Shown: positions 33,201 through 40,600 of the stretch, in pieces | Layout of the letters: every line of letters begins with the position of its first letter | Numbering within the stretch: the first letter of the stretch is position 1 | DNA from: Macrostomum lignano | Lineage: Eukaryota | Direction of reading: 5' to 3' | DNA: 64,000 nucleotides | NCBI GenBank assembly: GCA_002269645.1 | Contig: NIVC01002159.1 | Location: 1 to 64,000, forward strand | Notes under the pieces: generated by a model | Seen by the model: only the letters and a program-made list of their open reading frames with translations | Database searches by the model: none | Told to the model about the DNA's origin: nothing | Translations under genes and position numbers: made by a program

Positions 33201-34205
33201 AGGAAAAGGATAAGGAGCCCAAGTCCCGCCGGCCGTCCATGTTCGAAATGTTCCGACGCCAGCGCGACCAGCCGACGCCGCCACCGCCTCAGCCGGTGCT
33301 CAGCGAGGACCCCGCCGACTCCGTCGTTGAGCCGGCGGCCTCCCCGATGACTCCGACGGTGCAACTGCCCGATGCTGACGGCCTGGAGGCCATCGGCCGG
33401 CTGCAGGCTCTTGTCTCAGCCATGACCGCCGCCCTGCTGTCCGAGCGGTCCCGCCTGGCCGGCCGGGTGCAGACGGAGGCGGAGCTGCGCCAGGAGGTGC
33501 TCAGTCTGAAGAGCTCGCGGGAGCACGAGGCCTACCGGAGCCAGGACTGCATCTTGGAGACTGTGAGGCCTGATTTCTCCCATCTTTCATCTCCTAAGTA
33601 CATTCTCTCATCTTTCAGCAGCATCTCATTTCTTCCATCTCTCATCTCACATCTCTCACACCTCCTATCTCCCTTCTCCCATTTCTCATCTACAACCTCC
33701 CATCTCTCATTATCCCATCTCCCATCATCCCACCTCCCATTATCTCATCTCCCATCATCCCACCTCCTATCATCCCATCTCCCATCATCTCATCTCCCAT
33801 CATCTCATCTCCCATGATCCCATCTCCCATCATCCCAGTATCCCATCTCTCCTCTCCTTGCAGCTCCCCAATCATGACTAGCCATCCCTTCCGCGCCCCC
33901 AGATTCGGCTGCAGCGGGCCCAGCTGGATCAGGAGCGCGCCAAATTCCGCGACGAGAGGCGTCGGGAGACCGCCAAGATTGATGTCCGGCGCGAGGACGC
34001 GGACAGGCGGGAGGAGAAGCTGCGCCTTCGCGAGGAGGAGCTCGAGCATGCGGAGGCCAGGCTCGATGAGGAGCGGCAGTTGTTGGCGCTGAAGGCGGAG
34101 CAGCTGCGGGCCCAGCAGAGTCAGCAGGAGGCAACCCAAAGCGGCGCACTTTCGCTGAAGTCTCGGGCGACTGCGGCAAAACGCAACGGGGAGACGCTGG
34201 AGTAG
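217..34205 (+). CDS. Rho guanine nucleotide exchange factor, AKAP13/ARHGEF28/ARHGEF18/ARHGEF2 family (ankyrin-like N-term, C1, DH, PH, coiled coil); exons 217-366, 817-968, 1524-2279, 2480-2849, 3292-3500, 3713-3885, 17767-17975, 27419-27680, 28350-28745, 29151-29726, 30208-30768, 33203-33562, 33903-34205
   Basis: GT-AG exons with compatible phases at every junction. C1 motif HDWVLVSSGQCAVC...CRVCQLTVHSADQC...C; DH motifs VRRCNFVYELVSTEINHLRNI and LTVTQRLSKY; PH domain ending SQEDRDKWLRLINK; family motif LPKRADTFSGYD; C-terminal coiled coil. One frameshift inside exon 3; the link through exon 17767 is the least certain. Confidence 0.8.
404..720. repeat. G-rich ~29-30-bp intronic minisatellite (gggaggggcggtggctgccatcggaggacac)
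   Basis: About 10 tandem units in RhoGEF intron 1. Confidence 0.95.
3292..3885 (+). CDS. RhoGEF exons 5-6 encoding a C1 (phorbol ester/DAG-type zinc finger) domain
   Basis: CGG G|gtgagg ... caacag|TC TGC restores the C1 His/Cys spacing across the 3501-3712 intron. Confidence 0.8.
5048..5914 (-). repeat. 3' LTR (867 bp)
   Basis: Minus strand TGTAGTG...TTACAACA. Differs from the 5' LTR by 1 substitution and 3 homopolymer indels in my alignment. TATA-like TATTTAT at 5628-5634 and AATAAA at 5431-5436 in U3-R-U5 order. Confidence 0.95.
5915..5926 (-). other. Polypurine tract AGGAGGGGAGGG, preceded by a T-run
   Basis: Directly abuts the TG of the 3' LTR on the minus strand; T9 at 5927-5935. Confidence 0.9.
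6167..6375. repeat. GC-rich tandem repeat in the element 3' UTR (20-21-bp units, then ~32-bp units)
   Basis: gcaggtggcc(gccgcagaagcc)ggcaggaagc repeated about 8 times. Confidence 0.85.
6496..7443 (-). CDS. Retrotransposon ORF3: J-domain (DnaJ/Hsp40 type III) protein, ~315 aa
   Basis: MDLYAVLQV...AEIRRVYRQLALFWHPDK...RFQEIETAGRILSCPYRRAMYDQLG follows the J-domain consensus with HPD at 7348-7356. ATG at 7441-7443; uninterrupted ORF inside the LTR boundaries. Confidence 0.9.
   Translation of the reverse strand: MDLYAVLQVGHTAERAEIRRVYRQLALFWHPDKHPDKELAGRRFQEIETAGRILSCPYRRAMYDQLGDKSIPYDEAVTFAMTFIPPTGVRMPADIEEGVQQRREVEEAQRKEAGLRQGRQGQRNDYEADGYILISDDDESEESDECSIDTEEEDELLASDGSSGSSESEAMEIDVPESKEVVSHRASGAIWDDEKLSLSAAARQLRHRLMKHILAGQSDGIVSVLTAMRRLFRDSQREPRSALSMVLLQALFFIRRDIAPVKRQRAGRRYWSRQSFDCFVRQLCHELIPLFGLRRPGRLLEVLKSCVGLPGLRVR
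7688..7792. promoter_or_regulatory. Cluster of four AATGA(C/T)GCATT near-palindromes (bZIP CRE/AP-1-like) between pol and ORF3
   Basis: Copies at 7688, 7712, 7747 (variant) and 7782; function is inferred. Confidence 0.4.
7867..12855 (-). CDS. pol: Gypsy Pol (aspartic protease, reverse transcriptase, RNase H, integrase), made as Gag-Pol by -1 frameshift
   Basis: ALVDSGAS (protease D at 11617-11619), MCVDYRKLN, YIDD (10282-10293), DTDGS...RLELLA...TDH (RNase H), HHCC zinc finger, D-D-E integrase, C-terminal RRSGRLRRPPDRY. Confidence 0.97.
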   Translation of the reverse strand, partial: GKRQEGPTSWRQVSPCNSSASEQVVISSHHHQTPGTAPHQHPVSGTSSHQPPVSGTAPHQHPVSGTAPHQHSVSGTAPHQPPASGTASHQPPVSGTVSHQHPVSGTVPHQPPVSGTAPHQPTVSGTESHQHPVSVTVPHQPPASGTAAHQHPVSGTAPHQHPVSGTAPHQHPVSGTSSHQHPASGTAAHQHPVSGTAPHQHPVSGTAPHQHPVSGTSSHQHPVSGTVPHQPPVSGTAPHQPPVSGTAPHQHSVSGTAPHQHPVSGTAPHQPPASGTAPHQHPVSGTAPHQPPVSGTVPHQHPVSGTASHQPPVSGTVSHQHPVSGTVPHQPPVSGTAPHQPTVSGTESHQHPVSVTVPHQPPASGTAPHHQLAGFAQSQRPITVNAPQSIQINPASIYVTASIAGRRVNALVDSGASCTIISREAYQSMPKQSVRDLAGAEGYVSLANGSPIEIERTVLLRLSIADKVIDTPALVVSGVKYQLVLGSDFCRDNSCVIDYKTAVFSVQDTAIPFRWQAERPIVCRILATRSSTIPPGHQAVLSARLESKGRRNRGCVGLTENLGANDLAAGRWLAKALVIPNSGSRLPTRLINITEEPVRIRQGCTLGWFCPLESTEPLNTIKLLAVESGDDPQEEPKVQGSNSPSEADLLPNSYGDCGLSTKEDEEFRILVRSYSDVFTTKQTSSKLTTVVEHEINTENARPIKIPPRRLPPHLQPEVDRQVNELLEKGQIEEAQSPWCFPLVCVKKKSGEMRMCVDYRKLNEVTVKDAVPMPRVDDALEAVHGAKIFSTMDLHSGFWQVGVRPQDQDKTAFAVPHRGQFRWKVMPFGLVNSPATFTRLMAAVLDKQMWKTCLVYIDDLLVWSTDVDEHLRRLEEIFSKLRQANLCLKPQKCHFLQKQVKFLGHTLSAAGISTDEEKVQEVKNWPTPRSSTELHSFLGLCGYYRKFIKDFAAIAAPLTRLTTKDAKFEWKTEQQLAFETLKERMTSSEVIAHPDFSPDAGEFILDTDGSSKMGIGAVLSQVQPDGAERVIAYGSKTLNQAERNYCTTRLELLAVVTFIMKFRYYLLGKAFCLRTDHSSLQWLKNFSDAEGQVARWLEKLAPFQYRIVHRPGRSHGNADAMSRKPVRRHFGAETCPACAQHPEGLNAVEFERFSAGNLASEQDQDDDLRTVKEALGSNPVPDKSETAWSPLARAVWTRKDDLVLQENVLLVRNKDRRDEYQMVLPRKALDRILKTLHEGVGGGHMGFAKTKFKVLQRYWRPGLSRAIEEYIRGCATCCKSKPGKRNRAPLQPLTFAAPFDCVMMDIVGPLPRSKAGNIYLLTVQDSFTKWPDAYPLRNQKARTVARALFNRWISQHGCPSTLHSDQGRNFESQVMREMCRIRTTAYHPSGNGQVENFNKSLKSILKCCLEDSGRNDWEEFVSSALMAYRSSVHRATGYTPHYMIYGTEMRLPIDLTDQPPQPVDSHVNFVKELEDKLQTAHRAARQQLNTYQRRQKDQYDKRTRGSDIQEGDHVFVYSPALKPDEAAKFHVSWLGPVKVLERRSEVLFKVENPSNRKKSKFVHFNNLRKFARPAALETPVRTAAPPEVVDETDSEADAEGETWTRPQLMPPQDAEEVAEVLEEQMELVDDLQPTHNPVEAAPEPRRSGRLRRPPDRYGQPVTF
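11750..12760 (-). repeat. In-frame 30-bp coding minisatellite (HQ[HP]PVSGTAP x ~33) in Pol upstream of the protease
   Basis: 33 full units counted in the translation; no stops or frameshifts in the pol frame. Confidence 0.95.
12793..12855 (-). other. -1 programmed ribosomal frameshift signal: slippery G GGA AAA plus predicted H-type pseudoknot
   Basis: pol is -1 relative to gag. Heptamer at 12849-12855 in gag frame, 6-nt spacer, stem1 AGGGGC-C-CAC/GUG-A-GCCCCU, loop GGAGGC pairing with downstream GCCUCC. Confidence 0.8.
12816..13736 (-). CDS. gag: Gag with C-terminal CCHC zinc knuckle
   Basis: CYNCGEIGHLSFQC (CX2CX4HX4C); capsid-like FELSNRDQLDKESVETY; first ATG at 13736. Confidence 0.92.
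   Translation of the reverse strand: MGDQAMDQLIDALAARLRANADRAAPRLSKPPKYIPTMNFSLWLQSFNEYCEAVGIEEEARRPHLIGLLDLTTAYAAVDKLDLADDIEYGEFTDALLARFTMNRTAQDYRFELSNRDQLDKESVETYGDELLELVRNAFPTADADTRTELAKDRFLKGVRVTDTVRERLYLQQTANLTDAIRTVRQLEAAQKASSTQSKARPRAGLNAFATETSTGDTGKDEELRQLRQKVKEMEEKIRRMEQMQQGQQEPPEPGLQDKQQSKQAAPSSSKQRSGVKCYNCGEIGHLSFQCPKPGKGKRGPPAGGK
13960..13977 (-). other. Primer binding site for tRNA-Lys(UUU)
   Basis: TGGCGCCCGAACAGGGAC, 3 nt (AAT) after the 5' LTR end; 18/18 complementary to the tRNA-Lys3 3' end. Confidence 0.95.
13981..14850 (-). repeat. 5' LTR (870 bp)
   Basis: Near-identical direct repeat of 5048-5914. Confidence 0.95.
15373..15911. repeat. ~38-39-bp minisatellite (gttgtctgtattcgcctgtaagtatctgtcaaaccggct)
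   Basis: About 14 tandem units. Confidence 0.95.
16438..17527. repeat. 16-bp minisatellite (cactgcaggtaattat)
   Basis: Highly homogeneous ~1.1-kb array with CTGCAG core. Confidence 0.97.
18480..20330. repeat. Purine-rich 18-20-bp minisatellite (gagaggagagggagacaa)
   Basis: ~1.85-kb array, almost all A/G on the plus strand. Confidence 0.97.
21215..22960. repeat. 54-bp minisatellite
   Basis: About 32 units of gatgtattgacctagctgaatcagccgatatgttgcgcagtaaacttaataaag. Confidence 0.97.
23390..24212. repeat. gtctgacccacacagt-based minisatellite with higher-order variants
   Basis: Tandem 14-33-bp units. Confidence 0.95.
24930..25755. repeat. 24-bp minisatellite (tcattcatgaactcactcaggaag / ...cagtgac)
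   Basis: About 34 tandem units. Confidence 0.95.
26368..27325. repeat. 12-bp minisatellite (tatccgctcact and variants)
   Basis: Tandem array. Confidence 0.95.
27419..29726 (+). CDS. RhoGEF DH and PH domain exons (27419-27680, 28350-28745, 29151-29726)
   Basis: DSWANAQEKKLL...YELVSTEINHLRNIRAMQ|VVFREPL...LFPQLDLLERLH...|DHYLTVTQRLSKYKTLL...RRLIHSG...LLLNDSLLLL...DRDKWLRLINK. Confidence 0.9.
27722..28270. repeat. atccgctctc(c/t)-type minisatellite
   Basis: Tandem array in the intron between DH exons. Confidence 0.95.
28800..29070. repeat. 10-bp minisatellite (gtttgagttg / atttgagtcg)
   Basis: Tandem array. Confidence 0.9.
29815..30135. repeat. ~20-bp minisatellite (gatcccggtgattcctggtt)
   Basis: Tandem and degenerate copies. 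Confidence 0.85.
30208..34205 (+). CDS. RhoGEF C-terminal exons (30208-30768, 33203-33562, 33903-34205), coiled coil
   Basis: LPKRADTFSGYD family motif; E/R-rich coiled coil; phase-0 junctions; TAG at 34203-34205. Confidence 0.8.
30779..31380. repeat. 17-bp minisatellite (ctcagcactcctctctt) followed by a CT-rich tract
   Basis: About 20 units starting 10 bp after the splice donor. Confidence 0.92.
32366..32619. mobile_element. hAT-like MITE with an internal GA-rich expansion
   Basis: Ends CAGGGGTTGGCAAAC ... GTTTGCTGACCCCTG (imperfect TIRs); putative 8-bp TSD is degenerate. Confidence 0.65.
33690..33835. repeat. 15-bp minisatellite (cccatcatcccatct)
   Basis: Tandem units. Confidence 0.85.
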
Positions 34206-34269
34206 GGATGTGTGCGGTTTGGGATCCCAGTGCCGCACATTAACTAGTTGGATTTCCTTTGTATTGAGA

Positions 34270-34595
34270 TGGTTGGGTTTGGTAGGCGCCAAGATGGTCT
34301 GGGAAGCGCCAAGATGGTTTGGTAGGCGCCAAGATGGTCTGGGAAGCGCCAAGATGGTTTGGTAGGCGCCAAGATGGTCTGGGAAGCGCCAAGATGGTTT
34401 GGTAGGCGCCAAGATGGTTTGGTAGGCGCCAAGATGGTTTGGTAGGCGCCAAGATGGTTTGGTAGGCGCCAAGATGGTTTGGTAGGCACCAAGATGGTTT
34501 GGTAGGCGCCAAGATGGTTTGGTAGGCGCCAAGATGGTTTGGTAGGCGCCAAGATGGTTTGGTAGGCGCCAAGATGGTTTGGTAGGCGCCAAGAT
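34270..34595. repeat. 20-bp minisatellite (ggtttggtaggcgccaagat) just downstream of the RhoGEF stop
   Basis: About 16 units. Confidence 0.95.
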
Positions 34596-35704
34596 GAACG
34601 TGGTACTGGCTGGTTGGTCCCGTCTTTCCTTCAACTTTCTGATCCACAAACGAAATTGAATTGCCCAGTTTTCTCACAGCTACACTGATTTTCATCGATT
34701 CAACTGATGCATAAATAAGCAATTGAATATTTTGTTATAATCTGAAGTACGTTTATTCATTTTAAGCATAATTTTCCCTGTATACTTACTGACCGACAAC
34801 GCGGAGTAGTGGGTTACGAGAGTGTACACTAAATGTCGCGGTCTTCAGTGAATTTTATATATTGGCTGCACTTTTTCCGGAATTAAAAAATACTGTCGTT
34901 TCCCGCGACTTGCTCATCGGCCAACCGCTGTCGCTATAGATAGTCTTTATTGCTATCCGATTTGTGCTGCTGTGCCATTGTTGTCCCATGAGTTCTGGAG
35001 GACAGAGAGCTGATCATCATTCGACTTGCATAAAAATGCTTAATTCTGGAGTTATAAAAAAATAATTCTTAACGCGCACTGCATGGTGATTCGAGAGTTT
35101 TTTCCATCATAAAAGTGCTGTGCTTTGAATGCAACTTTCGCGATTAGTCGGTCTGAAAGTTCAATATTTGCAATACATGTACATATGTATGTGCATGGGC
35201 GCCATATCTGACATTCAGAACTTTCCTAGATAACAAAAGCTCTTTGTTTATCTTCTCTTGCGTGACACGTCCGGTCGTAATGTTTTTGTTATAAATGGTT
35301 TGGGAAAATTTTCGGTTTTATTTCCCGGATATCAAATTCAGCTTTAATATTTTTCAGTTGCGCTATTTTGTCCCATTTTTTTTGTTTTGAGTGCATGCCT
35401 TATATGCAATATCAGATCTCAACTCTCTGACTGGCTATAGCTATAGTAATGACAACATTTACATTTACTATACATGAATCTGGGACCATCTAAAAAGTAA
35501 AAGAAATACACGATGTTTCCTGGAAATTATCGAAGGCTTACGCTTTCCGAACAATTAACATACAGTAGGTTACTAAATAAGGTTTAGAAAGGTTTGTTGT
35601 TTATTATTTTTTCTTTAGAAACATCAAAGCAGTCATGCATGTAATAACTACATGACAGGCAAACTTGCATTGTGTTTCGCCCCGAAATGTGATTGCTAAA
35701 CCGT

Positions 35705-35770
35705 AACACCGGTCTAACGCGGCGCTCTGCTGTACCAGTGTCCCAGAGGCTCGATTCCGAGTGTAGTCAC
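35705..35770 (+). mobile_element. Degenerate tRNA-derived SINE head
   Basis: ggtctaacgcggcgctctgctgtaccag...ggctcgattcc resembles the copy at 58975-59051; B-box-like motif at 35748-35758. Confidence 0.45.
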
Positions 35771-36259
35771 CAAGGACCGTAACTTCTAGTGGTCCTTCGA
35801 AGTCACATTAATTATCTGAGGCTAAATTGGAATCTCGGCTTGGGTCTGCTCGTGTGTACATGCCTAAACGATAAGCCAACAGGGCCTGCTATATGCAGCC
35901 TATTTTAGAATTGAGCAGCAAAGAGGAACTGTACTGTACGTAGTTGATCGAGATGGCTAAGGGCTGCGCCACCACGGGGGTATAATTAAAATGGCATGTT
36001 AAGTCTAGCAGCCACATATGCCCATGCAAGCTAGCACAATTGCAAACATAAGATAAATCAATTCACTGTATTCTACGAGCGTTTGAATGAGTGCATGATT
36101 TGCCAGCCTTTTAACATGCATTATATTTTTACAAAGTGAATGTGCATGTACCAGTAACAGCAGTGTGGGCACCTACATATGTTCAGGTATACATATTAGG
36201 GGAGGGACAGAGTCTGACTCCCGTTTTCAATGGCTTATTGAATGTCCAAAGTTGTAGTA

Positions 36260-36483
36260 CACCTTTTCACGTTCAATTTTGAACAAAGTCCAGTTCTAAA
36301 AAAACTAGCGGAAATTCAATTCAGACAATTCAGACTGGGGCAACAAACCCCAGTTCAAAACATTCTGCTACGGAAGCGAGGTTTAGCCATAGACAAAATT
36401 GTCCCCAGTCGGAATTGTCTGAATTGAATTTCCGCTAGTTTTTTTAGAACTGGACTTTGTTCAAAATTGAACGTGAAAAGGTG
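36260..36483. mobile_element. Palindromic Tc1/mariner-type MITE
   Basis: ~82-bp near-perfect inverted arms starting CACCTTTTCACG, flanked by TA on both sides. Confidence 0.8.
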
Positions 36484-37672
36484 TAGTTTATGGCCAAAAC
36501 GCCTCCCCTCAGTAGACTTTGCTAAATCCATGTCTAGGCCTGGCTTAGCTTGATCTGTCGCCTGGCCTTAACTTGTCTATGGCGTCCCGTTTTAATTTGA
36601 TTGTCCGAACTCCCATTTGCATCTTCAAAAGCGCCCGATACATGCATACATGTAAGTTTATGTTCTCGGCCCCTGCATATGTTTTAATCCATATACATGC
36701 AGTCATCGCTATAACTGTTAATGTATAAATCATATCCTCTAGACTGCATGCATCAACAATTATTACAACAAAAAACAACAAAAGCAAAAAACAACAACAA
36801 TTATTGAAATCCTTCCCATTCTCGTGTGGCCTTCAATCCGACCTGGATTGGGCATCGACATGAATTTACATGAGCTACTTACATATATACTACAACTTTG
36901 CTTCGTAGTATCCGAGTTTGCTAATTTAGCAAATTTCTCTAATTGATATCACTTCGATAAACACTGACAAACCATTTTTAGTATAATATTCAGACCACGC
37001 AAAGTCAAGTTAAACGAAGGTTCCTATAGGTAGGTACATAGTTTTGATTTTTAGTATATTGGATATGGATTTTTCATAGTAGACTATTCGTACGATAGTT
37101 CCTCCATATACTATATTAGTAAAAATGTATTCACTAAAACAAAAGTTATTACAATTCAATTACATGTAGTAATCCTTGAAGCCAAGCTTGTCTGAAGGTT
37201 AGTTTGTTAAACACTAAAGGTTAACTGCAGTTTTCCAAAATAATGATTAATAATTGTAAAATCGTATGCCAAAAATTGTTGCTGAAAAATTGCTGGAGTT
37301 TTTTGTCTGGACAGGGGCAGAATATGGGAGCCAAATATATGCCAGAAATCTCATTAGTTAAAACGCTGAGTTTATTAGAATAATTGTTGTGATAAAATTT
37401 AAACGGTAAAACGCATGCAAGTTTAAATAAGCTATAATTCAAGGCAATTGCATGGTTGGTCAGGTCAGTGAATAACTATACATAGCACACTGTCGAGTGT
37501 CAACAAGCGCGACCTAATTGACTAATTGCTTGGTAGTCTAAATTTTGAATTCGCTTTTTCCTGGATTTCTTGTTGCTACCCGATTGTATTAATATTATAT
37601 TCGCATTGTTGCTTTATTAGACTAGGCAGCACCGCGGCAGTTGGCTTAGTGATATTGGATTTTCTTGTTCAG

Positions 37673-40600
37673 ATGAATTATTTGCCTGTTAGAGTTAAAG
37701 CAGCAGCGTCTCTGCAATGTTTGAACTCCCTTAGCACCTTTTTAACTTCAATATTGTTATTAGTTTTATGCCTAGTAGCAAATTCATATGGTAAGTAACC
37801 AGGGTTTTTTTTTTGTGCGCAGAGTGTGCGTATGCACCCTAAATTTTAAAATCGCACCCTGAAATTAAAAAAGTAGGTGCGGTTTAGGTGCGGTCTTATA
37901 ACCATTTTTCTTTAAAGGCTTAACCATGCTTAAGCTATTTTTTATGCACTGCCTTAAATTTTAAAATATGAAACAAAATAACTCTTTAAATCCTATTAAG
38001 TCATATAGGCGATATAGCCTATAGCTATAGCCTTATGTAAGATATTAAAATATACATTCCCAGTTGTCTGAAATGTGAGCAATGTGAGGGTTTCACGAGA
38101 GATATTCAGACAAAGGCTCCCTAAAACACGCCCCGCACCGGGCCCCGAACTGCTACACATTATAACATTTTTTGTCAATGCAGTATTTGATTGCAAGGAA
38201 AAGTTAAAATAGTAATGGAATAAATATCTTTATTTTTTTTTTAATATTATTTTTTATATTCTCATTTTCATTATTAAATTATAATATTATTATTTTATTA
38301 ATATTATTATTAATATCACTTATTGTTCACCGAATTTTATATTTCAAAGTAAAAAAAACTAAATTTAATAAAAACTTGAAGCTTAACAGAAAACGCATTC
38401 TGAAGTGTCTTTAGTTATAGTCCAATTTGTTTTAATGTGTAGCGCTGCAGGGCGGTGCAGGGCGTGTTTTAGGGAGACCCATTCAGACAGACATTCAAAA
38501 TGATTGTCTGTAACTTCAAACAAAATTGACCCGCTTCAACCATCTTTTTGGCAAATACTTACGCAAGTGTTGGGCATTAAATAAGCTTTAATTTATTAAC
38601 TGAAGTAAAAATCCTTCTGACATACATTGATTTAAAAATTGCTTAGCAACACTAGCTCTGATTAGAAATCGCTTTACTGTTGACTAAAATTGTTTTGATC
38701 GTAGCAGCCTAAAAGCAGATACTGGATTTAAAAATGCTTCGATTTACTCTATACGCATGTCTCAGCTTTAAAATGACACCTTAGGGGTCGCAAAAGACAG
38801 CTTTGATGCTGAGATATTCGACACTAAACATGCATTGCTTTGCGCAATTTCACATTCAGAAATTTCACTGATTTTTTGTCGATATTTGTGCAGTTGCCAT
38901 GTCCTTGTTTTTCATCAGAATCTTGTCAAATTCTAGTCATGTCTATACGCATGTCTCAGCTTTAAAATGACACCTCAGGCATTGCAAAAGACAGCTTTGA
39001 TGCTGAGATATTCGACACTAAACATTGCTTTGCTCAAACTCACATTCGGAAACTTCACTGATTTTTATTCAATATTTGTTCAGATGCTTGTCTACTTCTC
39101 CATTTATTAACCATCGCATGGAGCCTTGCTAACGTACAAGTGTATGTAGTTACAGTAAATGGGGTTTTTGTGACTCACTTAAACTTGTTTACGCATTCTA
39201 CAGCTATTCGCCGCCTTTCATTGGAGTGATTCATGGAGTCCAGTTGATAAATTTCCACAAATTGGACTGCTTCTACGTCAGATCTCAACATTTGGAACCG
39301 TCCTTGAACTATTTCAGAGTTAAGTGAGCTAATGGCATCAAATGGAAGGCTAGTGCTCGTACTTGTAAGCGAAGCAGGTTCACAATTGAAATGGTTGTAT
39401 TCATGGCCATGGGATCTAAACTGATCTGTTTTACTTTCACGATCGCTTTGGTCTCAGAAGGAGCAGCAGTTGATGGACTGAGGTGAGAAGAAGATGTGTC
39501 ACGACTTGAGCTGTTTTTAGAAAATATCTTTATCCAATTAAATATTTTCATGCGGCTCCTTAGGTTGTTCCGAATTCCAAGTCTAGAAGTCAAGACAGAA
39601 AAAAAGTTAAGAACTGCTACTGTAGTCCGTAGGGATTGGAAAGCTTAGCAGTACATTAGAAATCGCCTGTTCAATCTAAAAAGTTTGAAGTACATATAGC
39701 TATTGGGTTGCAACAACAGTAGAAAAAATTCTTCCTTTTTATTTTATTCCCACTGCTTACCTCATTCCGATTTGGATAGCAGAATTGCCACGCAAAAAAA
39801 GTAAAAACATAACAATAAACTATTTGCTTCATATTAATTGCCACTGACTGTTAATAAACGCGACGTCAATTTCTCTCAATAACAGTTGGAACATGTTTCT
39901 TGTACACTCGTATATTTATTTGAACCGCAAAGCGGTGAAAAAGTCATGATTGGTTGCCATATGTACAAATGTACACTCACAGACTCACTGACTCAGGTAC
40001 AATCTATGCAATATAAAGGCAGGAATCATTAAAAATCAAATACTTAAGACAGTTTAAGAGAAGTCCAGGTTTAAACTGGACATGACTAGAATTTGACAAG
40101 ATTCTGATGAAAAACAAGGACACGGCAGCTGCACAAATATCGACAAAAAATCAGTGAAATCTCTGAATGTGAGATTGCGCAAAGCAATGCATGTTTAGTG
40201 TCGAATATCTCAGCATCAAAGCTGTCTTTTGCGATGCCTGAGGTGTCATTTTAAAGCTGAGACATGCGTATAGAGTAAATCGAAGCATTTTTAAATCCAG
40301 TATCTGCTTTTAGGCTGCTACGATCAAAACAATTTTAGTCAATAGTAAAGCGATTTCTAATCAGAGCTAGTGTTGCTAAGCAATTTTTAAATCAATGTAT
40401 GTCAGAAGGATTTTTACTTCAGTTAATAAATTAAAGCTTATTTGACGCCCAACACTTGCGTAAGTATTTGCCAAAAAGATGGTTGAAGCGGGTCAATTTT
40501 GTTTAAAGTTACAGACGATCGTTTTGAATGTCTGTCTGAATATCTCTCGTGAAACCCTCACATTCTAAACAAGACTCAAGAGAAATTGCACTCTGAGCCT

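Noticed and set aside
39309-39593. Transposase remnant inside the foldback spacer
   Set aside because: No DDE, BED-finger or hAT dimerisation motif recognisable in the frames I read.
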